From Candidatus Falkowbacteria bacterium (GTDB lineage Bacteria > Patescibacteriota > Patescibacteriia > UBA11705), in contig DOZJ01000001.1 of the NCBI GenBank assembly GCA_003518055.1, positions 68,253 to 132,252 on the forward strand: a DNA stretch of 64,000 bases, read 5' to 3'. The notes beneath the pieces were generated by a model. That model did no database searches. It saw only the letters and a program-made list of their open reading frames with translations, and was not told where the DNA came from. Made by a program: the position numbers and the translations under genes. Numbering within the stretch: the first letter of the stretch is position 1; the number at the start of each line of letters is the position of its first letter. Positions 1 to 8,753 of the stretch are shown piece by piece.

Positions 1-139
1 GAGACCTCCGCGTGGTGGCTGGTTGAGAGGTGGAATGAATTGGATAAAATATTATAGGGATAATTATTTGTCAATGGAAATCATAAATAATGAAACACGA
101 AAATAAAAAAATTGAGTTGGTTAACTCAAAATTTATAAT

Positions 140-433
140 TTAGTTGGGGGAGTTTCTGGTGGTTAACTTGTATTTCAGGAAACCAATGCCATTGATCAGT
201 TGAATGGTTGGCAAAATGGCCATGAAAACGGCGAGGGCGCTGATGGTGATGGCGACCGCAAGATCAATTGAGAAAAACTGATAACTGCTATAACCGAGAC
301 AAACCGTTGTCAAGGCTAAAATCACGGTGTTGATGTTAACTGAATTTTTACTGAATTCATGGATAAACATGCTGGTAATCACGCCAATTCCACTGATAAT
401 CAAGCAAGCGTATGTAATAACATCAATCTTCAT
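140..433 (-). CDS. small hydrophobic membrane protein (97 aa), hypothetical
   Basis: Two to three predicted TM helices. Start overlaps the stop of the upstream NUDIX gene by 4 nt (atga), so likely co-transcribed. Confidence 0.4.
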   Translation of the reverse strand: MKIDVITYACLIISGIGVITSMFIHEFSKNSVNINTVILALTTVCLGYSSYQFFSIDLAVAITISALAVFMAILPTIQLINGIGFLKYKLTTRNSPN

Positions 434-1167
434 GAGTACTTCCTTCCTCCCTCAGTTGGCGTGAATGGCTGAATTGTTAGATCGGCGCCGCAGAAGGGGC
501 AGAATTTAATCGAGTAAAAAATGTCGGTGTTGATGTAGAGGATACAGGTTGTGGTATCGGCGTTCCAGAGAGCTTTCCAGTTGCGGGGTAGGTGGTTGCA
601 GCGATGCTGGAAATCGTTGAGCTTTTTACGAAATTGCCAAACAGACTTCAATTCTTCCCAATCATTCTGGAGTAGATCAATCACGACAAAATGATCAAAG
701 CCCATATCATCCGGATGAATATTCATCAGGGGCAAATTCTCAACGGCGGCGGCATCATCGCTGGCTTGCAAGACCTTTAAGATGGCCTGATGTTCCGGAT
801 AGCTCGAATCGAGGTAGGCAATCAGGGGGAAGGAGATTCGTCTGATGTCAGACCGAGGATCACGATCAGGCCGATCGAGAACATGGAAAACGCGCCAGCT
901 GTAAGGATTAAAAATAAAGTTAGCTTCTTCTCTGGCTTCGCGACTGGTGACGTGGCCAAGGGAAGCGTCTCCGCCTTCAAATGACATGGTTTTGGGATTG
1001 AATGTCCCCGGTTCAAAGTGACCGCCGGGAAAAACCAGCTTGCCTTTGTATGGTTCATACTTTCGGCGGACCAGGGTAATTAGCGGCTGATTCGACAGAA
1101 AGTCAGTAATGATAATAGCGTCAGAAGTCAGAGCGACTCGGTCATTTTGGTGGTTATGGGGTTCCAT
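430..1167 (-). CDS. NUDIX hydrolase with Cys-rich C-terminal tail
   Basis: NUDIX box 'GGHFEPGTFNPKTMSFEGGDASLGHVTSREAREEANF' (G..E..REAREEA pattern). C-terminus has CxxC-type cysteines (CPFCG). Start trimmed from 1212 to Met16 (1167), which follows a gaggagg RBS. Confidence 0.7.
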   Translation of the reverse strand: MEPHNHQNDRVALTSDAIIITDFLSNQPLITLVRRKYEPYKGKLVFPGGHFEPGTFNPKTMSFEGGDASLGHVTSREAREEANFIFNPYSWRVFHVLDRPDRDPRSDIRRISFPLIAYLDSSYPEHQAILKVLQASDDAAAVENLPLMNIHPDDMGFDHFVVIDLLQNDWEELKSVWQFRKKLNDFQHRCNHLPRNWKALWNADTTTCILYINTDIFYSIKFCPFCGADLTIQPFTPTEGGRKYS

Positions 1168-1194
1168 TTTTCTCCTCCTCGTGGGTGACTGTAA

Positions 1195-1222
1195 ATAATA
1201 GCAGAAAGGCACATTTTGTCAA
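1195..1222 (-). promoter_or_regulatory. sigma70-like promoter for NUDIX operon (minus strand: TTGACA-16 nt-TATTAT)
   Basis: Minus-strand TTGACA (plus 1217-1222) and TATTAT (plus 1195-1200), 16-nt spacer, about 25 nt upstream of the RBS. Confidence 0.45.
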
Positions 1223-1237
1223 TTGAATCAGTTGGCT

Positions 1238-1268
1238 TTCCTGCTGACAGCTCGGCTGTCAGCAGGAA
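1238..1268. promoter_or_regulatory. perfect palindrome ttcctgctgacagc-tcg-gctgtcagcaggaa just upstream of the -35 (operator-like or hairpin)
   Basis: Arms of 13-14 bp with exact reverse complementarity, read directly from the sequence. Confidence 0.4.
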
Positions 1269-1292
1269 AACATCGATAGATTATGATGAGTG

Positions 1293-1320
1293 AAAAAAAG
1301 AGCTGGGTTCAGCTCTTTTT
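1293..1320. terminator. bidirectional rho-independent terminator (A-run, agagctg-ggtt-cagctct, T-run)
   Basis: 7-bp GC-containing stem flanked by A7 and T4. Lies immediately 3' of the minus-strand gene ending at 1319. Confidence 0.55.
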
Positions 1321-1594
1321 AATAATTTCCAAGTTCCTGCTGAGTTTTGTAGGGCAACTTGCGAGTGATCGATGAAGGAACACGATCGAGGTCGGTCTGA
1401 ACGCCGCAATCAGGGCAAGTGAATGTTACATAATAATCTGTACTACCGTCGTAGTGATGGCTGCGGGTTTGAAACAGATCAGCTTCTTCTACCAACAGAC
1501 GAGCGCCGCAGCCGCCATTACCGTTACCGGCGCCGGAGCAGGTGGCTTCGATACTCCAGCCGCGCTGAGGACGACCTTTCATTAGGACTTTCAT
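1319..1594 (-). CDS. small zinc-ribbon protein, paralog 1 of 3 (91 aa)
   Basis: Motifs 'GGCGARLLVEEADLF' and 'YY...CPDCG'. Shares 'DRVP' and the overall Cys spacing with the two upstream paralogs. Confidence 0.5.
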   Translation of the reverse strand: MKVLMKGRPQRGWSIEATCSGAGNGNGGCGARLLVEEADLFQTRSHHYDGSTDYYVTFTCPDCGVQTDLDRVPSSITRKLPYKTQQELGNY

Positions 1595-1615
1595 TGGACC
1601 TCTTTTGAGGCAGGG

Positions 1616-1948
1616 TTAACGTTCTTCTGCGAGGCCGCCAAATGATTCATGCTTGATCAAAGTCATCAGGCGCCAAAGTTTTTCGGGTGTTTTATGATTG
1701 ACAACAACGAATTGATTACAAGCAGGACATTTGACCGCCGCATAATATCCCCGGCCGCAAAACATGCCGTGATAATACAATAAATTTAAATCTTCAAGCG
1801 TGATTTCAAGTTTGGCGCCACAGCCTGATCCATGCATATCTTTGTTGTGTGTGACTGTTGTTTTCCAGCCGGCAAATTGTCGGAGAAGCATTTTCATTTC
1901 ATTGGATTTCGCGTCTTCCGGCGCGGGTGGATGTTTGACAACTTTCAT
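1616..1948 (-). CDS. small zinc-ribbon protein, paralog 2 of 3 (110 aa)
   Basis: 'GSGCGAKLEITLEDL' and 'YY...CPACNQ'. Same architecture as the neighbouring paralogs. Confidence 0.5.
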   Translation of the reverse strand: MKVVKHPPAPEDAKSNEMKMLLRQFAGWKTTVTHNKDMHGSGCGAKLEITLEDLNLLYYHGMFCGRGYYAAVKCPACNQFVVVNHKTPEKLWRLMTLIKHESFGGLAEER

Positions 1949-1998
1949 GCGCGACTTCCTTTAGTGTTGGTGGAGATGAATATTTTTGCGCTATGGAA

Positions 1999-2298
1999 TT
2001 ATAACCAGTTGATACTGTTTTTGTCCGGGTGGTTCATGGTCAATTCATTTAGATCGTAAACCGGCGGCTTCTTGGGGACGCGGTCGCGTTCAAACGGCGT
2101 CAGGCGAGAATCGATTATGTCTTTATCGAGATGATTGTGTTTGCGGCAGCAGGGGCAGAGATAGTGGTAGTTGTAACAGTTATTGTAGTTTTCGGAACGG
2201 AAAACATCGCTTTGGTTTATTTCCAGTCGAGCTTGGCAATGAGGGCAAACCACACACAGGGTGAAGACACTTTGACGCGGCGGGTTGATGATTTTCAT
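1999..2298 (-). CDS. small zinc-ribbon protein, paralog 3 of 3 (99 aa)
   Basis: 'CPHCQARLEINQSDVF' and 'YHYLCPCCRK'. 'DRVP' tail shared with paralog 1. Confidence 0.5.
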   Translation of the reverse strand: MKIINPPRQSVFTLCVVCPHCQARLEINQSDVFRSENYNNCYNYHYLCPCCRKHNHLDKDIIDSRLTPFERDRVPKKPPVYDLNELTMNHPDKNSINWL

Positions 2299-2531
2299 GT
2301 GTTTTCTCCTCCCAGGCTACTGCCTTCGTTGAAACTACGGCAGTCAAGAAAGCCCGGGGTAAAAGATACGTCTTGTGGGTGGTGAATTGTAAGGAACAGA
2401 GTACATTATGAGTATATCTAGAAGTTGGGAAATGGTGTATATAAAAGCGTAGTGATGTTGACGTTATAAGATTAACTGTGCTAAAATATAATCAAAATTA
2501 GATGTTTTAAACTACGAAAAAAATAGTAAAT

Positions 2532-3320
2532 ATGAATAAAATTAATTTGACGACTTTGGAGCAACAAGAATTGCATGAGGTGTTTGAGCAGCTGGGGCTG
2601 AATCAAAATGAAATAATGGTTTATTGGCAATTGGTCAGTCTCGGGCGGGCGACTCTGACGCCGATTTCTTTGGCGGCGGATTTACCGTTAACCACGGTTC
2701 AGACGATTGTGAAACGGCTGGTGGCTCGAGGCTGGATTAAAGTGGGTAAAAATAAATCACGGCAAGTTTATGAGGCCTTGGATTCGGTCATAATTCAGAA
2801 AATTCTTGAACGGCAAACGCAGGAGGTGAAGCAAATTCTGCCGTTATTAAAAAAAATAAAAGCAGATAGGGTAGTAAAAAATAAAATTGAGATTTATCGG
2901 GGGAAAAACATTGTTGATTTGCTGCATAAAGCACTTGAAGGCAAAGAAAAAATAATATATGAAATTGTGGCGGCAAGGAATTTTCAGATAACCATTGGTG
3001 AAAAGTTGCATTTTACAAAAAATAGGGTGGAACGAGGGATTGAACTTAAAAGTTTGCGAGTTGAAGTTGAGGAAATAAAAAAATATAACGAGAAAATTCA
3101 TCGCCGGGAATTGAGAGAGGCAAAATTTTTGCCGCGGGAGTTGAATTTTGATGCTTCGATGATGATGTGGGATCAGTCGGTGGCGTGGTTTTCAAATGCT
3201 GATGAAAAAACGGCGGTGTTGATTGAGAGCGGTTCAATGGTTCAAATGCAGAAACAAATTTTTGAGTTGTTGTGGAGTGTCAGTCGGAAAATGGAAACTT
3301 TGGTGGAGGGTGTGGTATAA
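2532..3320 (+). CDS. TrmB-like winged-helix transcriptional regulator
   Basis: N-terminal HTH resembling the TrmB family ('NQNEIMVYWQLVSLGRATLTPISLAADLPLTTVQTIVKRLVARGWIK'). Divergent from the zinc-ribbon triplet. Confidence 0.5.
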   Translation: MNKINLTTLEQQELHEVFEQLGLNQNEIMVYWQLVSLGRATLTPISLAADLPLTTVQTIVKRLVARGWIKVGKNKSRQVYEALDSVIIQKILERQTQEVKQILPLLKKIKADRVVKNKIEIYRGKNIVDLLHKALEGKEKIIYEIVAARNFQITIGEKLHFTKNRVERGIELKSLRVEVEEIKKYNEKIHRRELREAKFLPRELNFDASMMMWDQSVAWFSNADEKTAVLIESGSMVQMQKQIFELLWSVSRKMETLVEGVV

Positions 3321-3324
3321 TTGA

Positions 3325-3600
3325 AAAAGAAAAGAGTAAAGCGAGTAAAGCAAGAAAGCGATCCGTCTACGTTAAAGCTTCGACGGACAGGGATAAGCGA
3401 GTAAAGCGAGTACAGTGAGTAAAGAGTAATTAGTAAAGAGGGAAGAGGGCGTACTGTAACTACCCACCTACGCTCTTACTATGTGAGCTACGGCGGGCGC
3501 GGCGGAAGCTTGGCAGGGTAACAAGAACTACCAGACTACGCTGAAGCTACGTCTGGCGCGGCGGAAGTTTGGCAGTTTGGGTTAGTTTTTACAAAAATTA
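3325..3600. repeat. modular intergenic repeat block
   Basis: Modules: 'agtaaagcgagtaaag...', a covarying hairpin, 'ctgtaactacccacctacgctcttac', 'ggcgcggcggaagtttggcag' x2, 'gtttttacaaaaatt'. About 85 bp is near-identical to 22211-22300. Confidence 0.7.
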
Positions 3601-3651
3601 GGCGGGTAAATTGTTATCATTAAATAATGGGGCAAATAAAAATAAAAAAAT

Positions 3652-3891
3652 ATGAAAATCAGTGACATTTATCATTTTGTAAGAAGATTTTTGTTTGAGG
3701 TAATGTTGTTTTTGTTTTTGCAGTCGTTGCTGCTTTTTGTTTTGGCTATATTGGTAGTGATGTTCCCATACGTGTTGAATATTTTGGTGGCAATCGGATT
3801 TTTCGTGGTGGCTCTGGTGAGTATTTATATTATGATTCGCGTTGGGGTGATTTTTCATGAATTGAAACGATTGAAAAAATTATTGGATTGA
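3652..3891 (+). CDS. small membrane protein (79 aa), hypothetical
   Basis: Two hydrophobic helices. Weak RBS. Confidence 0.35.
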   Translation: MKISDIYHFVRRFLFEVMLFLFLQSLLLFVLAILVVMFPYVLNILVAIGFFVVALVSIYIMIRVGVIFHELKRLKKLLD

Positions 3892-4211
3892 TGAATTTAT
3901 GTCATTGGGGTCAAAGATTGGCTCGAATATTAAAACAAGTTTAGCGTCATTAATAAGGCGGTGATTGGATCGAAAAAGATAAGACTAATAAAATGGTCTT
4001 TTTTTATTATCTATTTAGATATCAGTGAATAGATGGCAGTTCAAATTAAGCCATCAAAGGATAGATCTTTTAGTGGTTTTGATGTTGATTGCTTGTTTGG
4101 CAACTCAAGCGGTAGGGTTGTGAATTAATATTGGGTTACTTTGAGGTTTTGTGATATAATTTCGGATGAAAATAGGTTGTTTGTAATGATCTCCTCAAGC
4201 ATCATTAAATT

Positions 4212-5087
4212 TTGATTATGATGAAAGTTAAAAAAGCGGTAATCCCGGTGGCCGGATACGGTACACGGTTTTTGCCGGCAACAAAAGCGCAACCAAAAGA
4301 AATGCTGCCGGTCGTGGATAAACCCATTATCCAATATGTGGTGGAAGAAGCGGTGGCAGCCGGAATCACTGATATAATTTTGGTGACAGGCAGCGGCAAA
4401 CGAGCGGTTGAAGATCATTTTAGTTATAATTTTGAAATCCAGCATTATTTAAAATCGGTTGGCAAAGAAAAAGAACGCGATGAGATAAAAAAAATCGCTG
4501 ATATGGCCAACTTTATTTATATTAGACAAAAAGGCCCATACGGCAATGGAACGCCGGTACTTTGCGCCAAGGATGTGGTCGGAGACGAGCCGTTTGTGGT
4601 CATTTGGGGTGATGAATTTTGGGATTGCCCCAAAAAACCGCGAGTCAAGCAGCTGATTGAAACGTATGAGAAGTATGGCGATCCGGTAATCGTGGCCAAA
4701 GACATAACTAAAGAGGAAACAAATAAATACGGGGTGATTGACGGATCTGAAGTTAGTAAAAATGTGTACGAAATAAAAAAATTGGTTGAGAAGCCCGGGC
4801 CGCAAAAGGCACCGTCGCTATTGGGTTCAATGGGCGGTTATTTGCTAACGCCGGATATTTTTGAAGCGTTGGAAAAAACAAAGCTGGGAAAAGGCGGAGA
4901 GCTTTGGTTGGTTGACGCGATTATACGCGTAATGCAGCATCGGCCGGTTTATGCCAGGCGAATTGAAGGAACTTATTATGATACCGGTTCAGTGGTTGGT
5001 TATCTCCGAGCGAATGTGGAGTTGGCGCTAAAGCGTCCCGACATCAGGAAAGATTTTAGAAAATATTTGAAGGGGTTAGATATTTAG
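4212..5087 (+). CDS. galU: UTP--glucose-1-phosphate uridylyltransferase
   Basis: 'KAVIPVAGYGTRFLPATKAQPKEMLPVVDKPIIQYVVEEA' is the canonical GalU N-terminus. Full-length similarity by eye. Confidence 0.85.
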   Translation: MIMMKVKKAVIPVAGYGTRFLPATKAQPKEMLPVVDKPIIQYVVEEAVAAGITDIILVTGSGKRAVEDHFSYNFEIQHYLKSVGKEKERDEIKKIADMANFIYIRQKGPYGNGTPVLCAKDVVGDEPFVVIWGDEFWDCPKKPRVKQLIETYEKYGDPVIVAKDITKEETNKYGVIDGSEVSKNVYEIKKLVEKPGPQKAPSLLGSMGGYLLTPDIFEALEKTKLGKGGELWLVDAIIRVMQHRPVYARRIEGTYYDTGSVVGYLRANVELALKRPDIRKDFRKYLKGLDI

Positions 5088-5192
5088 ATGCAAAGACTGA
5101 AATATTTTCAATCATGAAAAACTAATTATTCGAATATATAAGATAGGTAAAGCAAGGATGCAGTTCAATTTATTATGTCGAGGAGCAATAAT

Positions 5193-6614
5193 ATGAAAAA
5201 AAAGTGGTTTTCGCTGACGAGTATATTTATGATCGCGGTTTTTTTGGTTAGCAGCGGACTCAGCTGCGCCAAGGGAGGTTCGCTGGAAGCGCAGCGAGCG
5301 ATGCAGCCGACAACATTACGTTTTTGGACGGTGTTTGATGAACGTGATGCTTATACTGACATAATAAACGCTTATAAACAGCTTCATCCTAACGTGACCA
5401 TTGAATTCCGGATGCTCCGATATGAGGAATATGAAAAAGAACTGCTGGAGGCTTTTGCTCTCGATGAGGGGCCGGATGTATTTTCTATTCATAATACATG
5501 GGTGAGCAAATATCAAAATTTACTTGATCCGATGCCTAGAACCATTACCGTCCCATATCGAAAAACGGTTGGAACCGTAAAAAAAGAGGAAGTAACCGAG
5601 TTGGTAACGCAAAATATGTACACGCCGAATCAGATGTCGCAGTTGTTTGGCGACACGGTGGCGCAGGATACACTTAGATTACACAACGTTGGTACAGAAG
5701 ATGATCCGGAAATGGTCAATGGAATTTACGGGCTGCCGCTAAGTCTTGATACTCTGGCTTTGTATTATAATAAAGATATTCTGAATAATGCCGGAATCGC
5801 GGTACCGGCCGCATATTGGACGGATATCCAAGAACAAGTGGAAAAGGTTAGGCGAACTGATGCGGATAACAATGTTTTGGTCGCGGCGGTTCCGATTGGA
5901 ACGGCCAAAAATGTAGAACGAAGTTTCGACATCATGTCGCTACTGATGATGCAGCTAAAAACACAGATGATAAATGATAAAGGACAGGTGAGTTTTCATC
6001 TTATGCCGAAGGAGCTTCAGGGGAATGAGGGCATTACGCAGCCGCCGGCTTTTAACGCGGTGGAGTTTTACGCCTCTTTTGCTGATCCTCTGTTAAATTC
6101 ATATACTTGGAATGATACGATGGATAATTCGCTGCAGGTTTTCATGCGTGGACAAAGTGCTTATTTTCTCGGCTATGCGTACCATCGACCGATTATCGAG
6201 GCTCAAGCGCCGAGGTTGAACTATGATATTGCTCCTATGCTTCAGGTCCAAGGGTATGAAAACGTTAATTTTGCTAATTATTGGATGCAGAGCGTAGCCG
6301 GTAAATCTGAAAACAAAAGTTTTGCTTGGGATTTTATCAAGTTTATGGCCAGTCAAGAACAGGTTAAATCTTATTTGGATAAAACTGAACGGCCGGCAGC
6401 CTTAAGGGCACTCTATGATTCTCAACTGGAAAATGAAAATATCGCGGTCTTTACCGAGCAAACATTGACAGCTCAAACATGGTATCGAGGTAAGGATGCG
6501 GCGGCGGCGGAGAGAATTTTCGCTGAAATGATTGAAAGTGTTAATAGTTTTGCTGCAACGGCTAAAGAAGCGGTAACATTAGCGGCGGATAAGATGAGTC
6601 AGACGTATAGGTGA
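5193..6614 (+). CDS. ABC transporter substrate-binding lipoprotein (sugar-type extracellular solute-binding protein)
   Basis: Signal peptide plus lipobox-like 'LSCAKGG'. Family-1 SBP-like length and composition. Start trimmed to the MKKKW Met. Confidence 0.6.
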   Translation: MKKKWFSLTSIFMIAVFLVSSGLSCAKGGSLEAQRAMQPTTLRFWTVFDERDAYTDIINAYKQLHPNVTIEFRMLRYEEYEKELLEAFALDEGPDVFSIHNTWVSKYQNLLDPMPRTITVPYRKTVGTVKKEEVTELVTQNMYTPNQMSQLFGDTVAQDTLRLHNVGTEDDPEMVNGIYGLPLSLDTLALYYNKDILNNAGIAVPAAYWTDIQEQVEKVRRTDADNNVLVAAVPIGTAKNVERSFDIMSLLMMQLKTQMINDKGQVSFHLMPKELQGNEGITQPPAFNAVEFYASFADPLLNSYTWNDTMDNSLQVFMRGQSAYFLGYAYHRPIIEAQAPRLNYDIAPMLQVQGYENVNFANYWMQSVAGKSENKSFAWDFIKFMASQEQVKSYLDKTERPAALRALYDSQLENENIAVFTEQTLTAQTWYRGKDAAAAERIFAEMIESVNSFAATAKEAVTLAADKMSQTYR

Positions 6615-6800
6615 GGGGTAACTATAACTACGGAAGTAACAAGAACTACGGAAGTAACGAGGGAAGAGTAAAGAGGGAAGATGGAAGATCAAAGAGCGAA
6701 GAGGGAAGAGCAAAGAGCGAAGAGGGAAGAGTAAAGAGTAATCAGTAAAGAGCAATTAGGAACTAGGAATTAGGGAAGCGTAACTAGGAACTGGGAACTA
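6615..6800. repeat. modular intergenic repeat block
   Basis: 'ggggtaactataactacggaagtaacaagaactacggaagt' then '(a)gtaaagagggaagatggaag...' aag-rich units, then 'ggaactaggaa..ctgggaactaggg'. Confidence 0.7.
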
Positions 6801-6908
6801 GGGAGGGGGAAATTCAGATAGTGAAATTTGTGGAAATTTGGGGTTGGAGTGTTTAATATGATTGAAATAAGGTGAAAGCAGGCAAAAAACAGAAAAAATG
6901 ATATCAAA

Positions 6909-7256
6909 ATGAGAAAAATAATTGGCGTAACAATTTTGGTGTGGCTGGCAAATACCGGGCGGGCGATGGCGCAGATTGTGCCTGATAGTTGCCGTGGGGC
7001 AGCTGATTTGTCGGAATGTAATTTGAGCGCGGTTGAGGATATGATTGTGACCGTGGCTGAATTTATTTTGGGGCTGGCCGGCAGTCTGGCGCTGGCGATG
7101 TTTGTGTATGGCGGGGTTTTGTATATTTTGGCCGGAGCGAGTCAGGGAATGCTGACTAAGGCCAAGAACGCGATTAAATATGCCGTGATTGGGTTGGTGA
7201 TAATTTTAAGCGCCGGATTGATTATGAAGTTGGTGGTTCAGGCTTTGACGAGTTGA
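6909..7256 (+). CDS. TrbC/VirB2-type pilin-like protein, paralog 1
   Basis: Signal peptide, then C-terminal module 'LGLAGSLALAMFVYGGVLYILAGASQGMLTKAKNAIKYAVIGLVIILSAGL' shared by all 8 tandem copies. Confidence 0.65.
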   Translation: MRKIIGVTILVWLANTGRAMAQIVPDSCRGAADLSECNLSAVEDMIVTVAEFILGLAGSLALAMFVYGGVLYILAGASQGMLTKAKNAIKYAVIGLVIILSAGLIMKLVVQALTS

Positions 7257-7350
7257 GGGGGATAACTGTAACTACGGAAGTAACAATAACTACGGAAGTT
7301 TGGCGGGGTAACTGCGGGAGTAAAGAGGAAAGAGCGAAGAGGGAAGAGTA
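7257..7350. repeat. modular intergenic repeat block
   Basis: 'gggggataactgtaactacggaagtaacaataactacggaagtttggcggggtaactgcgggagtaaagagg...'. Confidence 0.7.
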
Positions 7351-7411
7351 AATCACAGCACAATAATTTTGGTTGGTGATGATTATAGGAACTTTTTATA
7401 AAAACTAGATA

Positions 7412-8020
7412 ATGTTTAAACAAATTACAATTTGGGGACTGATAATGCTTGGTTTAATGTTGGTCGGAGGAAGCACGGCGCAGGCGCAGGATATCGCTCA
7501 GGTAAAAGCGGTGTGTGTGTCGATTGCCGGAACATCTGGTTTTTTGGATACATGTGATGAAATTGATACCGCGGCAACAATTGAACAAGCCCAAAATATA
7601 TGTCAGGAGGTGGCAACAGCTGTATTGGATGATGTTATGGTTGAAGATGGCATGAATCGGTGCGAGGACGCAGCCATTGGAACGGCAGAGCCCAGTCCGG
7701 CCTCGGGAGATGGTGAGGTGTCAGAAGAAGAAGCGCTGCAAAATGTATATTCCGGCATCAGCCGATTTGGAGGCAAAGGATTTATTGGCACGGAATTGAG
7801 TGTCCCAGAAGTAATTGGTGGAATTTTGAAGGTGATTCTCGGAATTGTGGGGGCGCTGGCTTTGGTTATGTTTATATACGGCGGTTTGATGTTTATGTTG
7901 TCTGAGGGTGAAACAGGAAAAATTAAAACCGCAAAGGACATTATAATTTGGGCGTCTCTTGGACTGTTAACAATATTCGGGAGCTTCGCGGTGTTGAATT
8001 TTGTGATTTCCAATTTGTAA
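7412..8020 (+). CDS. TrbC/VirB2-type pilin-like protein, paralog 2, with 100-aa acidic Cys-containing insert
   Basis: C-terminus 'ILGIVGALALVMFIYGGLMFMLSEGETGKIKTAKDIIIWASLGLLTIFGSFAVLNFV'. Confidence 0.65.
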   Translation: MFKQITIWGLIMLGLMLVGGSTAQAQDIAQVKAVCVSIAGTSGFLDTCDEIDTAATIEQAQNICQEVATAVLDDVMVEDGMNRCEDAAIGTAEPSPASGDGEVSEEEALQNVYSGISRFGGKGFIGTELSVPEVIGGILKVILGIVGALALVMFIYGGLMFMLSEGETGKIKTAKDIIIWASLGLLTIFGSFAVLNFVISNL

Positions 8021-8100
8021 GGGTGAGAGGTTACAAAATTACGAAAATTTACAAAACGTTACAAAAGGCCGAGGGGATACAGAAGTTGTTCGTTTACTAA
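8021..8100. repeat. phased 'ttacaaaa' repeat (about 10-bp period x4)
   Basis: 'ggttacaaaattacgaaaatttacaaaacgttacaaaagg'. Confidence 0.5.
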
Positions 8101-8196
8101 AATTGTATTCGGATTTAGAAAAAATCAGAAAAAATATTATTATAGTTTATAATATTATAAAGGTCGATTTATAAAAAATGTAAATAAAACATAGCT

Positions 8197-8580
8197 ATGA
8201 CAAAGAAAATTTCCATTTTTTTAATGATGGCCGTAATGGCGGTGGTGTTGGTACTCCCCGTGGTGGTAGCAGCGCAGTCCGGAGATGTGTTTGGTGTGAA
8301 CGCCGTGGGTAGTGAATTGGCGCTTGGATCAAAAGATATCCGCGAAACCGTCGGTTCGATCATTAATGTGGCTTTGGGTTTCCTCGGAGTAGTCGCGATA
8401 GTCATCGTGCTTATCGGCGGCTTTAAATATATGACTGCCGGCGGAGATGAAACCAAGGTTGGTACAGCCAGAAAATACATTATTTCAGGTATTATTGGTT
8501 TGGCGATCATTCTCAGCGCGTACGCAATTACAACGTTTGTGATCAGTCGGTTGATGACGGCCACAGAAAGCGGAACATAA
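8197..8580 (+). CDS. TrbC/VirB2-type pilin-like protein, paralog 3
   Basis: 'ALGFLGVVAIVIVLIGGFKYMTAGGDETKVGTARKYIISGIIGLAIILSAYAITTFVISRL'. Confidence 0.65.
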   Translation: MTKKISIFLMMAVMAVVLVLPVVVAAQSGDVFGVNAVGSELALGSKDIRETVGSIINVALGFLGVVAIVIVLIGGFKYMTAGGDETKVGTARKYIISGIIGLAIILSAYAITTFVISRLMTATESGT

Positions 8581-8624
8581 TCAAGCGGACAGAGTTTATC
8601 AGCTGAAAACTCTGTCGCTTTCAC

Positions 8625-8700
8625 GAGGGGGTAACCACAACTACAAAAGTTTCAAGTTTGGAATCGTAAACGGTTGAAGTGCGGGGGTAATTATGATGAC
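8625..8700. repeat. degenerate copy of the 'gggggtaac..aactac.aaagt' module
   Basis: 'cgagggggtaaccacaactacaaaagtttcaag'. Confidence 0.45.
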
Positions 8701-8753
8701 AAAAGATTGGTTCCAATGTGGTTTTGAGTTGGGGGTTGTCTCTTGGTGAAAGT

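Noticed and set aside
790-1058. The ORF-track entries 790..984(+) and 822..1058(-) inside the NUDIX gene
   Set aside because: Both are fully embedded in, or antisense to, a well-supported NUDIX coding region and have no motifs. They are likely spurious.
2788-3237. Minus-strand ORFs 2788..2976, 2847..3101 and 3046..3237
   Set aside because: They are antisense to the TrmB-like gene, low-complexity (F/Y/N-rich from the AT-rich antisense strand) and lack RBSs.
3900-4210. A tRNA or other structured RNA in the 300-bp GalU upstream region
   Set aside because: The region is AT-rich with no cloverleaf-compatible GC stems and no T-loop 'GTTCRANYC' motif. It contains an extended -10 'TTGTGATATAAT' and is more likely promoter or UTR.
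7603-8013. Minus-strand 136-aa ORF antisense to pilin paralog 2, and similar antisense ORFs at 8169..8624, 9863..10120 and 10892..11146
   Set aside because: Each lies entirely opposite a pilin-like gene that has a conserved family signature. Their amino-acid composition is Pro/Ser/Ile-rich, an antisense artefact.
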